Part shown: in pieces, positions 1 to 9,256 of the stretch
Position numbering within the stretch: the first letter of the stretch is position 1
Layout: each line of letters opens with the position of its first letter
NCBI GenBank assembly: GCA_048938005.1
Contig: JBHLMQ010000036.1
Location: forward strand, 1-31,827
Length of the DNA: 31,827 bases
Source: Promethearchaeota archaeon
GTDB taxonomy: Archaea; Asgardarchaeota; Lokiarchaeia; Sigyniarchaeales; SOKP01
Direction of reading: 5' to 3'
Notes under the pieces: model-generated
Seen by the model: the letters and a program-made list of their open reading frames with translations, nothing else
The model's database searches: none
Told to the model about the DNA's origin: nothing
Program-made: the position numbers and the translations under genes

Positions 1-519
1 ACTTTTAAAGCTGCTTATCCTTATATGAAGAAAGATGATAAAAAAGATAAAGCAAGGTTTATAATTACTGGAAGCGAAGCCTATCCAAACGCTCCACCAA
101 AATTTACTGCATATGTTGCAAGTAAATATGCCATCGTCGGAATGCAAAAAGCTATGGCAACAGAATATAAACAAGAGAATATAAGTTTTAGTATGGTGTT
201 ACCAACACAGGTAGATACACGTGCATTAAGAGGCAAGAAAGCAGGGGATGGAAATAAACCTGATCATGTTTTAAATCCTTGGGATTTAAATGATTATTAT
301 CTCTTCTTGTTATGTGATGAGGCTAATAGAATTGATAATGCCCTTGTTTTTGTTTGGGATTTTAATGAAGTTAAAAAATTATTAGCTGAAACCCCTTCAG
401 GTAAGAAAGAGAATTGGGAGGTTTTTAAAGACTATTTAAAAGAAAAAGTACCAAAAATTTATGAGAATGTTAAAAACCTTGGAAAACTCGTAGATTTTAT
501 CATTTCTCGTTCTAAATAA
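1..519 (+). CDS. Short-chain dehydrogenase/reductase (SDR), C-terminal part, 5'-truncated by window edge
   Basis: The frame is open from base 1. It has catalytic Ser context (ITGS), YxxxK (YVASK) and a P-x-x-V-D-T motif. The N-terminal Rossmann motif is absent, so the true start lies upstream. Confidence 0.85.
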   Translation, partial: TFKAAYPYMKKDDKKDKARFIITGSEAYPNAPPKFTAYVASKYAIVGMQKAMATEYKQENISFSMVLPTQVDTRALRGKKAGDGNKPDHVLNPWDLNDYYLFLLCDEANRIDNALVFVWDFNEVKKLLAETPSGKKENWEVFKDYLKEKVPKIYENVKNLGKLVDFIISRSK

Positions 520-547
520 TTTTATTCAGTTTTAAAATTAATTTATT

Positions 548-1852
548 TTATTTAAAGGGATTTTTTTCTTTAAGTATTTTCTTTTGATACTCTCTTAGAG
601 GAGGTGGACATAAACCAACTTTAGTTGCTTCTTTTTTAATTGATTTCATAATTTCTCCTATATTTATGGATACAGGGCACCAATGGTAACAGTTTTCACA
701 ACTAGTACATAAAAATAATCCATCTCTTACTGCAGCTTCAATTCCATTATGAATAAAGTCTCTAATAATAGCTGTAGCACCCCAACCATACTTAGATGCA
801 AAAATATTACCAAAAGCTCGTGATGCAGTACATATGAAATTACATGTTCCACAATTGATACAATTTAAAAATTCCTTATAAATCAAGTTTTCTTTCAATG
901 CCTTCTTCCGCCAATCGTCTACAAGTATCACAACAACCTCTTTAGCGCCATACATTCCTAAAACATTTATACCTCTAATATCAGATGTACAGGATGGACT
1001 TGAAATAAGGCTGATATATGCAAAGGGGACATTATTAATTCGAGATTGTATTTTTGCCACAAGTACAGCATCTAAAATTGTTGGCACTATTTTTGTAATC
1101 CCACAAACTACAATATGTTTTTCAGTCGCTCGAGTTAATAGACTTATATTTCCTTCATTCTCACCAAGTACAATAACACCATCCTCCGCTGATATTGCAT
1201 TAGCCGATGTTAATGATACTTTAACTTCATTGAGTAGCTCTTTACGATAAGTTTTTCTATAATAATCTACAATAGCACTGGGATTTGGTTCAATCTCTAC
1301 ATTATGCACTTCTTTAATCTTTGCTACTATGTCATCTATCGAAAAATGAGCTCCTGGACCAATCTGGAAACTTGGCAATTTATAGTTAAATAATTCAACA
1401 AGAACATCACCTAAATCTGTTTCTTTAATTACTATATTGTTTTCCTTTAAAATATCAATGATGCCAATATCTTTTGCTTCATTAGATTTTGATTTGTAAA
1501 TAACTTTATTATTTCCAAGCTCATTTATGAAAAATTGTTGAGCCTCTTCATTGGTTTTGGCATAGTAGACTTTAAAATTATTGTTTTTACGCATAACATC
1601 TATACACTTTTCTACATAGTAGTCAATGTTTTCAAGAACTTGTTTCCTCATTTCTATGAGTTGTTCTCTATTTTTCTCCACAAATTCTCGACTTGTATCC
1701 TCATAAAACTTCTTAGTGTCGTGTTGCCTTGTCTTCAAAACACAACCAAGTTTGAAAAAATCCCAAAATTTCTTTTCATATGTATCTTCTTCACTTAATT
1801 TATTTACTTTACGTATTACGTCTTCATATAACTCCTTTCCTTTATCACTCAT
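548..1852 (-). CDS. LutB/LldF-like iron-sulfur protein (LUD domain plus two 4Fe-4S motifs)
   Basis: Motifs KSKS, ETDLG, ENEGN, GITKIVP and TSDI are typical of LutB. C-terminal CxxCxxCxxxC occurs twice (CINCGTCNFIC, CTSCENCYHWCP). Confidence 0.85.
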   Translation of the reverse strand: MSDKGKELYEDVIRKVNKLSEEDTYEKKFWDFFKLGCVLKTRQHDTKKFYEDTSREFVEKNREQLIEMRKQVLENIDYYVEKCIDVMRKNNNFKVYYAKTNEEAQQFFINELGNNKVIYKSKSNEAKDIGIIDILKENNIVIKETDLGDVLVELFNYKLPSFQIGPGAHFSIDDIVAKIKEVHNVEIEPNPSAIVDYYRKTYRKELLNEVKVSLTSANAISAEDGVIVLGENEGNISLLTRATEKHIVVCGITKIVPTILDAVLVAKIQSRINNVPFAYISLISSPSCTSDIRGINVLGMYGAKEVVVILVDDWRKKALKENLIYKEFLNCINCGTCNFICTASRAFGNIFASKYGWGATAIIRDFIHNGIEAAVRDGLFLCTSCENCYHWCPVSINIGEIMKSIKKEATKVGLCPPPLREYQKKILKEKNPFK

Positions 1853-2586
1853 TAAAATTGATCAACTCCTTTCATTAAATTAGCAATGAAATCCTCAAAT
1901 TTAATAACAGGATTTTTAATTTGATTTTCTTCTCTTATTCGTTTTAAGGCAGTATAACAAAAAGGGCAAGCTGTTAACAAGATCTTACCTTTTTCCATAT
2001 GTTCAAAAATAGATTTAGCACTAAAATCGCTATTCTCTTTAAAAACCGAATAAACACCTCCTCCCGCTCCACAACAAATACTATTTTTTTTATTAAATTC
2101 CATCTCAACAAGTTCAACATTTTCAATTGCATTTAAGATTATTCTTGGTTCTTCTATAATTGGTGTTTTTGCATTTCTTAAATGACATGCATCATGATAA
2201 TTAACATTCAATTTTTTTCCAGTGTATTTTAGATTAAGCTTTTTTAAATTCTTAGGTTCAGCTAGAAATTGAAGAAAATGTCTTATTTTAACGTTAAATT
2301 CAGATTTTAAATATTCTTGATAATATCTACTAAGATAATTATAGCAACCTGCGCATATTGTCACAAGTTCAGTAACGTTATTAGCTTTAAACCAATTGTT
2401 TACATATTGAACGTGATTTTTTAGCTCATTATCGGTAGATATATGATATGCTAATGAACCACAACAAGGAGGATTCTCGATTAGTTTATATTCATTATCA
2501 AGAAATTTAATTATTTTTATCGCATTTTCACATGTTGATTTATAATTCTCTTGGCTTAAGCAACCTAAATAAATTAATTTAGTCAT
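1852..2586 (-). CDS. CCG-domain (Fe-S)-binding protein, LutA/GlcF/HdrB-like
   Basis: Motifs YLGC, CCGS, CAGC, YHDACHL, CCGAGGG and CPFC. The stop overlaps the next start (TAATG), implying translational coupling. Confidence 0.88.
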   Translation of the reverse strand: MTKLIYLGCLSQENYKSTCENAIKIIKFLDNEYKLIENPPCCGSLAYHISTDNELKNHVQYVNNWFKANNVTELVTICAGCYNYLSRYYQEYLKSEFNVKIRHFLQFLAEPKNLKKLNLKYTGKKLNVNYHDACHLRNAKTPIIEEPRIILNAIENVELVEMEFNKKNSICCGAGGGVYSVFKENSDFSAKSIFEHMEKGKILLTACPFCYTALKRIREENQIKNPVIKFEDFIANLMKGVDQF

Positions 2587-2672
2587 ATGTATTTCTCCTA
2601 ATTTATCCCAATGAATAAATTAGTGATTTAATAATACTTTATTTTTTTGTTGAATTTTTATAAGTACACATT

Positions 2673-2700
2673 TACAAGTTGTATTCTTTTAAAAAGAATA
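2673..2700. promoter_or_regulatory. Overlapping inverted repeats in divergent promoter region (candidate operator)
   Basis: TACAA-G-TTGTA (2673-2683) and perfect TATTCTTTT-A-AAAAGAATA (2682-2700), midway between divergent starts 2586 and 2801. Confidence 0.3.
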
Positions 2701-2800
2701 AAATAAAGTTAAAATAATTTTAAACTCTTATCTAATTGAAGAATTAATAGTCATAAAGTAAAGTATTAAATCCTTAAGTAAAATTTAGAGGATAATTATA

Positions 2801-4456
2801 ATGACTGAATATGATAAAATTGAACAAGATAAGAAAGAATGGGAGAACTCTATTTCACTTAAAAAAGAAAGAAAACAAAGTTTTAGGAATTTATCTGAAA
2901 TAGAAATTAAGAGATTATATGCCCCCAATGATATTAAAGATTTAAATTATGCACTTGATTTAGGATTTCCGGGACAATACCCCTTTACTCGAGGAGCATA
3001 TCCAAATATGTATAGAGGACAGCTGTGGACAATGCGCCAATTCGCAGGATTTGGGAATGCAGAACAAACTAATAAACGATATAAATTCTTAATCGACCAT
3101 GGTAATACAGGGTTAAGTGTAGCTTTTAGTTTGCATACTATTTACGGAATTGAAGCGACAGATACAAGAGCTTTAGGAGAGATTGGAAAAGAGGGAGTTG
3201 CGATTGATAGTTTAGAAGATATGGAGACTTTATTTGATGGCATTGATCTTTCAAAAATAAGTACTTCTATGACTATCAATGGCCCCGCTTCAATTTTATT
3301 AGCATTATATATTGTGACCGCTGAAAAACAAGGTCATACACCAGATCTGTTGAGAGGCACTATACAGAATGATATTTTAAAAGAATATATTGCCCAAAAA
3401 TCTTGGATTTTTCCTCCTGAACCCTCAATGCGAATAATAATTGATACTATAGAATATTGTACAAAATATGTACCTCAATGGTATACAATTAGTATCAGTG
3501 GCTATCATATTAGAGAAGCAGGATCAACAGCAGTTCAAGAATTAGCCTTCACTTTGGCAGACGGTTTTGCTTATGTAGAAGCTGCGCTAGAGAGAGGGTT
3601 GGATATCGATGATTTTGCGCCTCGCTTATCTTTTTTCTTTAATTCTCATAATAACTTTTTTGAAGAAGTTTGCAAATATCGTGCTGCTAGGCGTATATGG
3701 GCGAGGCATATGAAAAATAGATATGGTGCAAAAAAACCTGAATCAATGCGATTGAGATTTCATACACAAACAGCAGGTGTCTCGTTGGCAGCTCAAGAAC
3801 CAGAAAATAATATTGCTAGAGTAACAATGCAAGCACTTGCTTCTGTTCTGGGAGGAACACAATCTTTACACACAAATTCATTTGATGAAGCTTTATGCCT
3901 TCCAACAGAGAATGCTGTAAAAATCGCTTTAAGAACGCAACAAATAATTGCCCACGAATCAGGCGTCACTGATACAGTAGATCCACTAGCAGGGTCATAT
4001 TATGTTGAATGGCTTACAAATAAAATGGAAGAAGAAGCAGAAAATTATTTTCAAAGGATTGAAGATCTTGGCGGAGTGGTTCCGGCGATAAAAGCTAATT
4101 TCTTTCAAAAAGAAATAGCTAATGCATCTTATAAGTATCAACGAGAAATCGAGAATAGAGAGAGAACCATTGTAGCTGTAAATCAATTCGAACAAAGAGA
4201 GCCGTGTACTGTTCCGCTTCTAAAAATAGATGAAGAAGTTGCGAGAGAACAAATAAAAAAGGTAAATAGATTGAAGGAAGAGCGAGATAATGAAAGAGTG
4301 AAGGAAAAACTAGAAAAGTTAAAGGAAGCAGCGAGAGGAACAGAAAATTTGATGCCATTTATTATTGATGCTGTAAGAGAGTATGCCACTATTGGAGAAA
4401 TTATAAATGCCTTGAAAGAAGTGTTTGGAACTTATCATGAAGATTCAATCTTTTAA
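2801..4456 (+). CDS. AdoCbl-dependent acyl-CoA mutase large subunit (methylmalonyl-CoA mutase family; isobutyryl-CoA mutase-like active site)
   Basis: Motifs PGQYPFTRG, WTMRQFAGFG, GTIQNDILKEY, ISISGYHIREAG and GGTQSLHTNSFDEA. GAGGA RBS upstream. Confidence 0.95.
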   Translation: MTEYDKIEQDKKEWENSISLKKERKQSFRNLSEIEIKRLYAPNDIKDLNYALDLGFPGQYPFTRGAYPNMYRGQLWTMRQFAGFGNAEQTNKRYKFLIDHGNTGLSVAFSLHTIYGIEATDTRALGEIGKEGVAIDSLEDMETLFDGIDLSKISTSMTINGPASILLALYIVTAEKQGHTPDLLRGTIQNDILKEYIAQKSWIFPPEPSMRIIIDTIEYCTKYVPQWYTISISGYHIREAGSTAVQELAFTLADGFAYVEAALERGLDIDDFAPRLSFFFNSHNNFFEEVCKYRAARRIWARHMKNRYGAKKPESMRLRFHTQTAGVSLAAQEPENNIARVTMQALASVLGGTQSLHTNSFDEALCLPTENAVKIALRTQQIIAHESGVTDTVDPLAGSYYVEWLTNKMEEEAENYFQRIEDLGGVVPAIKANFFQKEIANASYKYQREIENRERTIVAVNQFEQREPCTVPLLKIDEEVAREQIKKVNRLKEERDNERVKEKLEKLKEAARGTENLMPFIIDAVREYATIGEIINALKEVFGTYHEDSIF

Positions 4457-4469
4457 GAAGTGATATCAA

Positions 4470-4871
4470 ATGTCAGTAGAAAAAAAAATAAAAGTTCTTG
4501 TCTGTAAACCAGGATTAGATGGTCATGATAGAGGAGCAAAAGTTCTCGCAAGAGCTTTAAGAGATGCTGGAATGGAAGTAATTTATACAGGAATACACCA
4601 AACTCCAGATGACGTTGTAAATACCGTAATTCAAGAAGATCCTGATGCTGTTATGTTGAGTATGTTATCTGGAGCTCATAATGCACTTTGTCCACTAATC
4701 ATGGAAAAACTAAAAGAACATGGCATTGACGATGTTCTAGTGGCTGTAGGAGGGATAATTCCAGACGAAGATAAACCATTTTTAGAAAAACATGGATTAA
4801 AAGGATTTCACGGTCCTGGTACTGATCTAAAAACAATTGTTGAATTTGTTAAAAACAACTTGAAAAGATAA
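4470..4871 (+). CDS. Acyl-CoA mutase small, cobalamin-binding subunit
   Basis: DxHxxG motif (GLDGHDRG), SMLSGAH and GGIIP; lies directly downstream of the large subunit. Confidence 0.95.
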   Translation: MSVEKKIKVLVCKPGLDGHDRGAKVLARALRDAGMEVIYTGIHQTPDDVVNTVIQEDPDAVMLSMLSGAHNALCPLIMEKLKEHGIDDVLVAVGGIIPDEDKPFLEKHGLKGFHGPGTDLKTIVEFVKNNLKR

Positions 4872-4878
4872 TAATAGA

Positions 4879-5871
4879 ATGGATTATTCTAATTATATTT
4901 CTCAATTACTAGAAGGCAGTCCGCGAGCTGTAGCACGACTAATTACTTTTGTTGAGAATGATATAGAAGCTGCTGAAGAGATAGTCAATTCTATTTATAA
5001 ACATACCGGCAAATCATATATTCTAGGCATTACAGGAGCGCCAGGAACTGGTAAATCCACGTTTATTTCAACTTTGACTAAATTCTATGTTGACCAAGGT
5101 AAAAAAGTAGGAATTATTTGCGTTGATCCAACGTCTCCTTTAACTGGTGGCGCTCTCTTAGGGGATAGAATCCGGATGAAACAAAATTTCTCACTTAATA
5201 ACGTTTTTATTAGAAGCATGGCAAATAGGGGTCAGCTTGGAGGGCTGGCGAGAGCAACGGAGGATGTAATAAAAATTCTTGATGCGTATGGGTGTGATGT
5301 TATAATTGTTGAGACTGTTGGTGTTGGGCAATCTGAAGTTGATATCTTTAAATCCGCGCAAACAGTTGTAGTTTTATTAGTACCAGGATTAGGAGATGAT
5401 ATTCAGGCAATAAAATCAGGTATCATGGAAATTACCGATATTTTTGTTGTAAACAAAATGGATTTACAAGGAGCAGATAAGAAGATTGCTGAAATAAAAC
5501 AAATGCTAGAATTTAGGAAAAATTATAAATATGATTCAAAAGATTTTAGCGAAAAATATGCAAAAATAGAACTATGGAACCCAGAAATTACAAAAGTAAA
5601 CTCAAAAACCGGTGAAAATTTCGTAGAACTTCTTAAGTTAATAGAAAAACATAGATTATTTTTAGAAGAATCAGGAGTCATTTCGAATTATCTGAAAAAT
5701 AGAATAACAAATGAGACTATTCAAATATTAAAACATAAATTGACAGAAAAAGTGGAAGAATTGCTAAGCTCTAATAAAGAAATTGGAAAATATATTGATC
5801 AAGCCATTAAAAAGTCTATAGATCCCTATTCAATGGCAAATTTAATAATTAAGATATTGGGTTTAGAGTAA
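4879..5871 (+). CDS. meaB: Mutase-associated G3E GTPase chaperone MeaB/ArgK
   Basis: Walker A GAPGTGKS, VDPTSP, GGALLGDRIRM, VETVGVGQSE and NKMD. Confidence 0.95.
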   Translation: MDYSNYISQLLEGSPRAVARLITFVENDIEAAEEIVNSIYKHTGKSYILGITGAPGTGKSTFISTLTKFYVDQGKKVGIICVDPTSPLTGGALLGDRIRMKQNFSLNNVFIRSMANRGQLGGLARATEDVIKILDAYGCDVIIVETVGVGQSEVDIFKSAQTVVVLLVPGLGDDIQAIKSGIMEITDIFVVNKMDLQGADKKIAEIKQMLEFRKNYKYDSKDFSEKYAKIELWNPEITKVNSKTGENFVELLKLIEKHRLFLEESGVISNYLKNRITNETIQILKHKLTEKVEELLSSNKEIGKYIDQAIKKSIDPYSMANLIIKILGLE

Positions 5872-5919
5872 TAAATGAGCATTTACTATCTGTTTTATGA
5901 ATAAAATAGTAGATTTATT

Positions 5920-6813
5920 ATGAAGAATCATTCAATAATTGAAAAGTTAGGTTATGAAGCTACAGATAAAGTAGTCATTTTTCATATCGATGATATAGGT
6001 TTTTCACATGCTTCAAATTTAGCTGCCTTCGAATGTTTAGATTTCGGGGTTGCTAGTTGTGGCTCCATAATTACTCCTGCTCCTTGGTTTTTAGAAGTAG
6101 CATCAATTTATAAAAATAATCCGAAATATGATCTGGGAGTTCATCTAACTCTCACGTGTGAATATGATCTCTACAGATGGAGAGCATTGAGCACTGTTGA
6201 TCCTAAAACAGGATTATTGGACTCAGAGAATTCTCTATGGCGTACAACAGAAGAAGCAATTATTAATGTAACTACTGAAGCAGCTGAAATTGAATTACGT
6301 TCTCAAATTCAATTAGCTCTAGATAATGGAATAGATGTAACTCATATTGATTCACACATGGAAACTGTAGCGAATCCAAAATTTATTAGATCCTATTTAA
6401 AACTTGCTCAAGAATTCGAGATTCCTGGATTCTTTCCAAGAGTAACTAGACAAGAACTAATCGATAGGGGATTAGAAGATTATATAAAATTATATGAAAA
6501 AATGTTATCAACAATCGAAGCAAGAGGTTTTCCTCTTATTGATCACATGATAACTCATACAGGTGGTGAGCAAGTGGATAAAATAGATTATTATTGTAAG
6601 CTTTTTGCAGAAATAAAACCGGGACTTACACACTTTTTATTTCACCCTGCTAAGATGAGTCCTGAATTAATTGCTATTACTCCAGAATCAGCAACTTGGA
6701 GGAATCAAGATTATGAGGCCTTCATAGATTCACAAATTAAAGCGTGTGTTGAAGCACAAGACATAAAAGTAATTGGTTATAGAACACTTCGCGATTTTTT
6801 TAGAGGTTATTAA
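5920..6813 (+). CDS. YdjC/ChbG-family carbohydrate deacetylase
   Basis: Metal and catalytic motifs HIDDIG, GVHLTL, THIDSHM and FHP. Confidence 0.88.
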   Translation: MKNHSIIEKLGYEATDKVVIFHIDDIGFSHASNLAAFECLDFGVASCGSIITPAPWFLEVASIYKNNPKYDLGVHLTLTCEYDLYRWRALSTVDPKTGLLDSENSLWRTTEEAIINVTTEAAEIELRSQIQLALDNGIDVTHIDSHMETVANPKFIRSYLKLAQEFEIPGFFPRVTRQELIDRGLEDYIKLYEKMLSTIEARGFPLIDHMITHTGGEQVDKIDYYCKLFAEIKPGLTHFLFHPAKMSPELIAITPESATWRNQDYEAFIDSQIKACVEAQDIKVIGYRTLRDFFRGY

Positions 6814-6854
6814 GATTAATAAAATATAATATTAAGACTCGAGAAATAGAATAT

Positions 6855-7106
6855 TTATTTTTTCTTAGGATCAATCCATTCAGAATAAATTTCTATTATT
6901 GTTAAGGATTTTGTCCTATGGCATTTTACACATTCTTCATCTTCTACTTTTTTAAATACAAAATCTCCAGGTTTAAATATACGTGAAAAATCATCTTTAC
7001 AATTTCCACATTTAATTACAGTGTGTTTTTTTTCAACAAACCTTTTCTTTCTATCTACTATTTCTCCAATTGCGGGAATTGCAGGGAGTTCTGGTTCTTC
7101 TGCCAT
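6855..7106 (-). CDS. Small Zn-ribbon protein of unknown function
   Basis: Two CxxC pairs (CGNC, CVKC) flanking FKPGDFVFK; 83 aa and fills the gap between genes. Confidence 0.75.
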   Translation of the reverse strand: MAEEPELPAIPAIGEIVDRKKRFVEKKHTVIKCGNCKDDFSRIFKPGDFVFKKVEDEECVKCHRTKSLTIIEIYSEWIDPKKK

Positions 7107-7212
7107 TTTTCTTCTTTTTTTTGTTTTTTAAGTAAAAAAGCAAATTAACGTTATTAATTTTTTAGGTTAAGATAAATAAATGTCAAGTTATTGATTATGA
7201 ACTTTCTGTATC

Positions 7213-8988
7213 TTATACTTCCTTATGTTTTTTTTCTTGTTCTTCAACTTTCTGTTTTTTCTCTTCCTTATATGGTGTACTAGGTTTTAATTCATCAATT
7301 GATGCATTACACGCCCAACACACGTTTTCCAAATCGGTTATCGCTCGCGCACAGTTTCCACAATAAATCGCACCACATTCACAAATGTACGAATATTTTA
7401 ACACTTCTCCTCTACATATAAGGCAAACTTTTTTCTCTTTATGAATTGAAACTTTCTCTTCACTTACTTGGGCAGCTAAAATTGCACGATTCTGAAACAT
7501 ATTTCCAATTTGCTCATCCATACGGGATAACTCTATACGTTCAGCCATTGGGGCATTTTCTTCCTTTAATCTTTCCCATAATTCTAATTTATTTAGTAGT
7601 TCATCATGCTCATTTTCAATTTTCTTAGTTAATTTATTAAGATCAAATCTAATGGATATTTGCTTAGCTTGCATTAAAAATCGTTGAGCTTCCGTTATAT
7701 CTATGGTAATTAATGATAATTTACTTTTTAAAAGATAGGTTTCTGTTAATAACAAATGTGATTCTGTTGTTTCAGCAATATTCAATAATTTATTAATAAG
7801 GGGTTTTAACTCTTCTATTACTTCTGGGTTATTTAATATCCGCAGTTCAAATAATAATAAATCACAAAGATTTATTAAAGCTGTAAAAGTAACCTCACCT
7901 AAGATAATCTCTTCATCAATAATTACTTCAAGTAATTCTTGGGCTTTAGCCAGTTTTTGTATTCGAGTACTCATTTTCAGTACTAAAGCTTCACATAAAC
8001 GAGTATATGATTGAGACCATTTGAATCTATTTTGTTCATTGAATTGTTTTAACATTTCAAAGTATTTCTGTGCATTATCTTGATCTTTTTTTTCAACATA
8101 CAGGCAAATAATTGAACTAAGAGCACTTCCAATATTCCATTTATTTCGAATTTCTTCAGCAATTGTCAAAGCTTTCTTTAGATATTCTAAAGCTTGTTCT
8201 ATTTCACCTTTCTGTTGATATATACCTCCAATATTATTATAAAGAGTTGAAATTTGTCTTTTGTTTTTTAATTCTCTTGACATTGTAAGACTTTGCTTAT
8301 AATTCATAAGACCAAGTTCGATCTCACCTTTAAATGCATTTATCATTCCAAAAAGCATAAAATTATAAGCCATAATATGCTTTTGTTTAGTTTCCTCCGC
8401 TAATTGTTGACTTCGTTCTGTATATTCCTTAGCAATATCATATTCATATTTTAGTAGAGTATGAATTAATCCTAGACTTGTGAGAGATTCAGCAATTTCA
8501 GCTTTACTACCTAGTTCTTCTCTTACTGAAAGACTCCTTTCTGCATTTCTTATAGCTTGATCAGAATCACTTTTGAAAAAATAATAAAAGCTTTTAATAT
8601 AGTTTATAGAAGCTTGTTTTTGCCGTATTACATTTGAAGTTTCTTCATTATATTTATTGAGAATATTTTCACCTTTTTCAAGTAGATCCAAAGCTTTATC
8701 TAATGATATTTGCCATACTGAAGCATAAACCATAGAAAGAAGTGCATCTACTGATTGGAGATTATCACTTATTTCTTGGCTCTTTTGGTACGCTAGTTCT
8801 GCATATTTAAAGGCATCCTTATAACTTCCAATTTTATTTAGAATGTTACTTTTTAAAAGATTGGATGAAATTAGGTCATGGATCGTCAGGTTTTCATTTT
8901 CCTCAAAATTTTCAAGTAGGCGAAGAGCTTCATAGTATTTACCATCCTCATTTAACTGGTTTGCTTTTTTGAGTTCTTTATGATATAT
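7213..8988 (-). CDS. TPR-repeat protein with C-terminal C4C4 RING-like zinc finger
   Basis: About 40-aa TPR repeats (e.g. YNNIGGIYQQKGEIEQALEYLKKALTIAEE) and a C-terminal 8-Cys motif at 7309-7425. The ORF track starts at ATG 8733, but the frame stays open and TPR-like up to 9000. ATA at 8988 follows GAGGGAG. The start position is uncertain. Confidence 0.85.
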   Translation of the reverse strand: MYHKELKKANQLNEDGKYYEALRLLENFEENENLTIHDLISSNLLKSNILNKIGSYKDAFKYAELAYQKSQEISDNLQSVDALLSMVYASVWQISLDKALDLLEKGENILNKYNEETSNVIRQKQASINYIKSFYYFFKSDSDQAIRNAERSLSVREELGSKAEIAESLTSLGLIHTLLKYEYDIAKEYTERSQQLAEETKQKHIMAYNFMLFGMINAFKGEIELGLMNYKQSLTMSRELKNKRQISTLYNNIGGIYQQKGEIEQALEYLKKALTIAEEIRNKWNIGSALSSIICLYVEKKDQDNAQKYFEMLKQFNEQNRFKWSQSYTRLCEALVLKMSTRIQKLAKAQELLEVIIDEEIILGEVTFTALINLCDLLLFELRILNNPEVIEELKPLINKLLNIAETTESHLLLTETYLLKSKLSLITIDITEAQRFLMQAKQISIRFDLNKLTKKIENEHDELLNKLELWERLKEENAPMAERIELSRMDEQIGNMFQNRAILAAQVSEEKVSIHKEKKVCLICRGEVLKYSYICECGAIYCGNCARAITDLENVCWACNASIDELKPSTPYKEEKKQKVEEQEKKHKEV

Positions 8989-9256
8989 GTTTATCTCCCT
9001 CTAAAATATCGTAATTAAGATTTTTCCTCATTTTTAATAAATCTTTATTCTCCTTAAATTACAAATCGTATAAATTTGTTAATAGTTTATTATAATAACT
9101 AAGATTTCTGCCATTTATAAATATATTAATGATTTTCTTCATTTTTTGGCTTTTATCCAGAGATATTAGTAGGATACTGCGATTCCTATACTGTAGTATT
9201 AGTCAATAATTTAATATTGCAATATAATAAGAGAAATTATAAAAAAGGAGAGATTT

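Noticed and set aside
1535-1798. 87-aa + strand ORF
   Set aside because: Antisense shadow of the LutB-like gene; hydrophobic bias typical of reverse-complemented Lys/Glu codons.
3995-4389. Three short minus-strand ORFs
   Set aside because: Antisense to the well-supported mutase gene.
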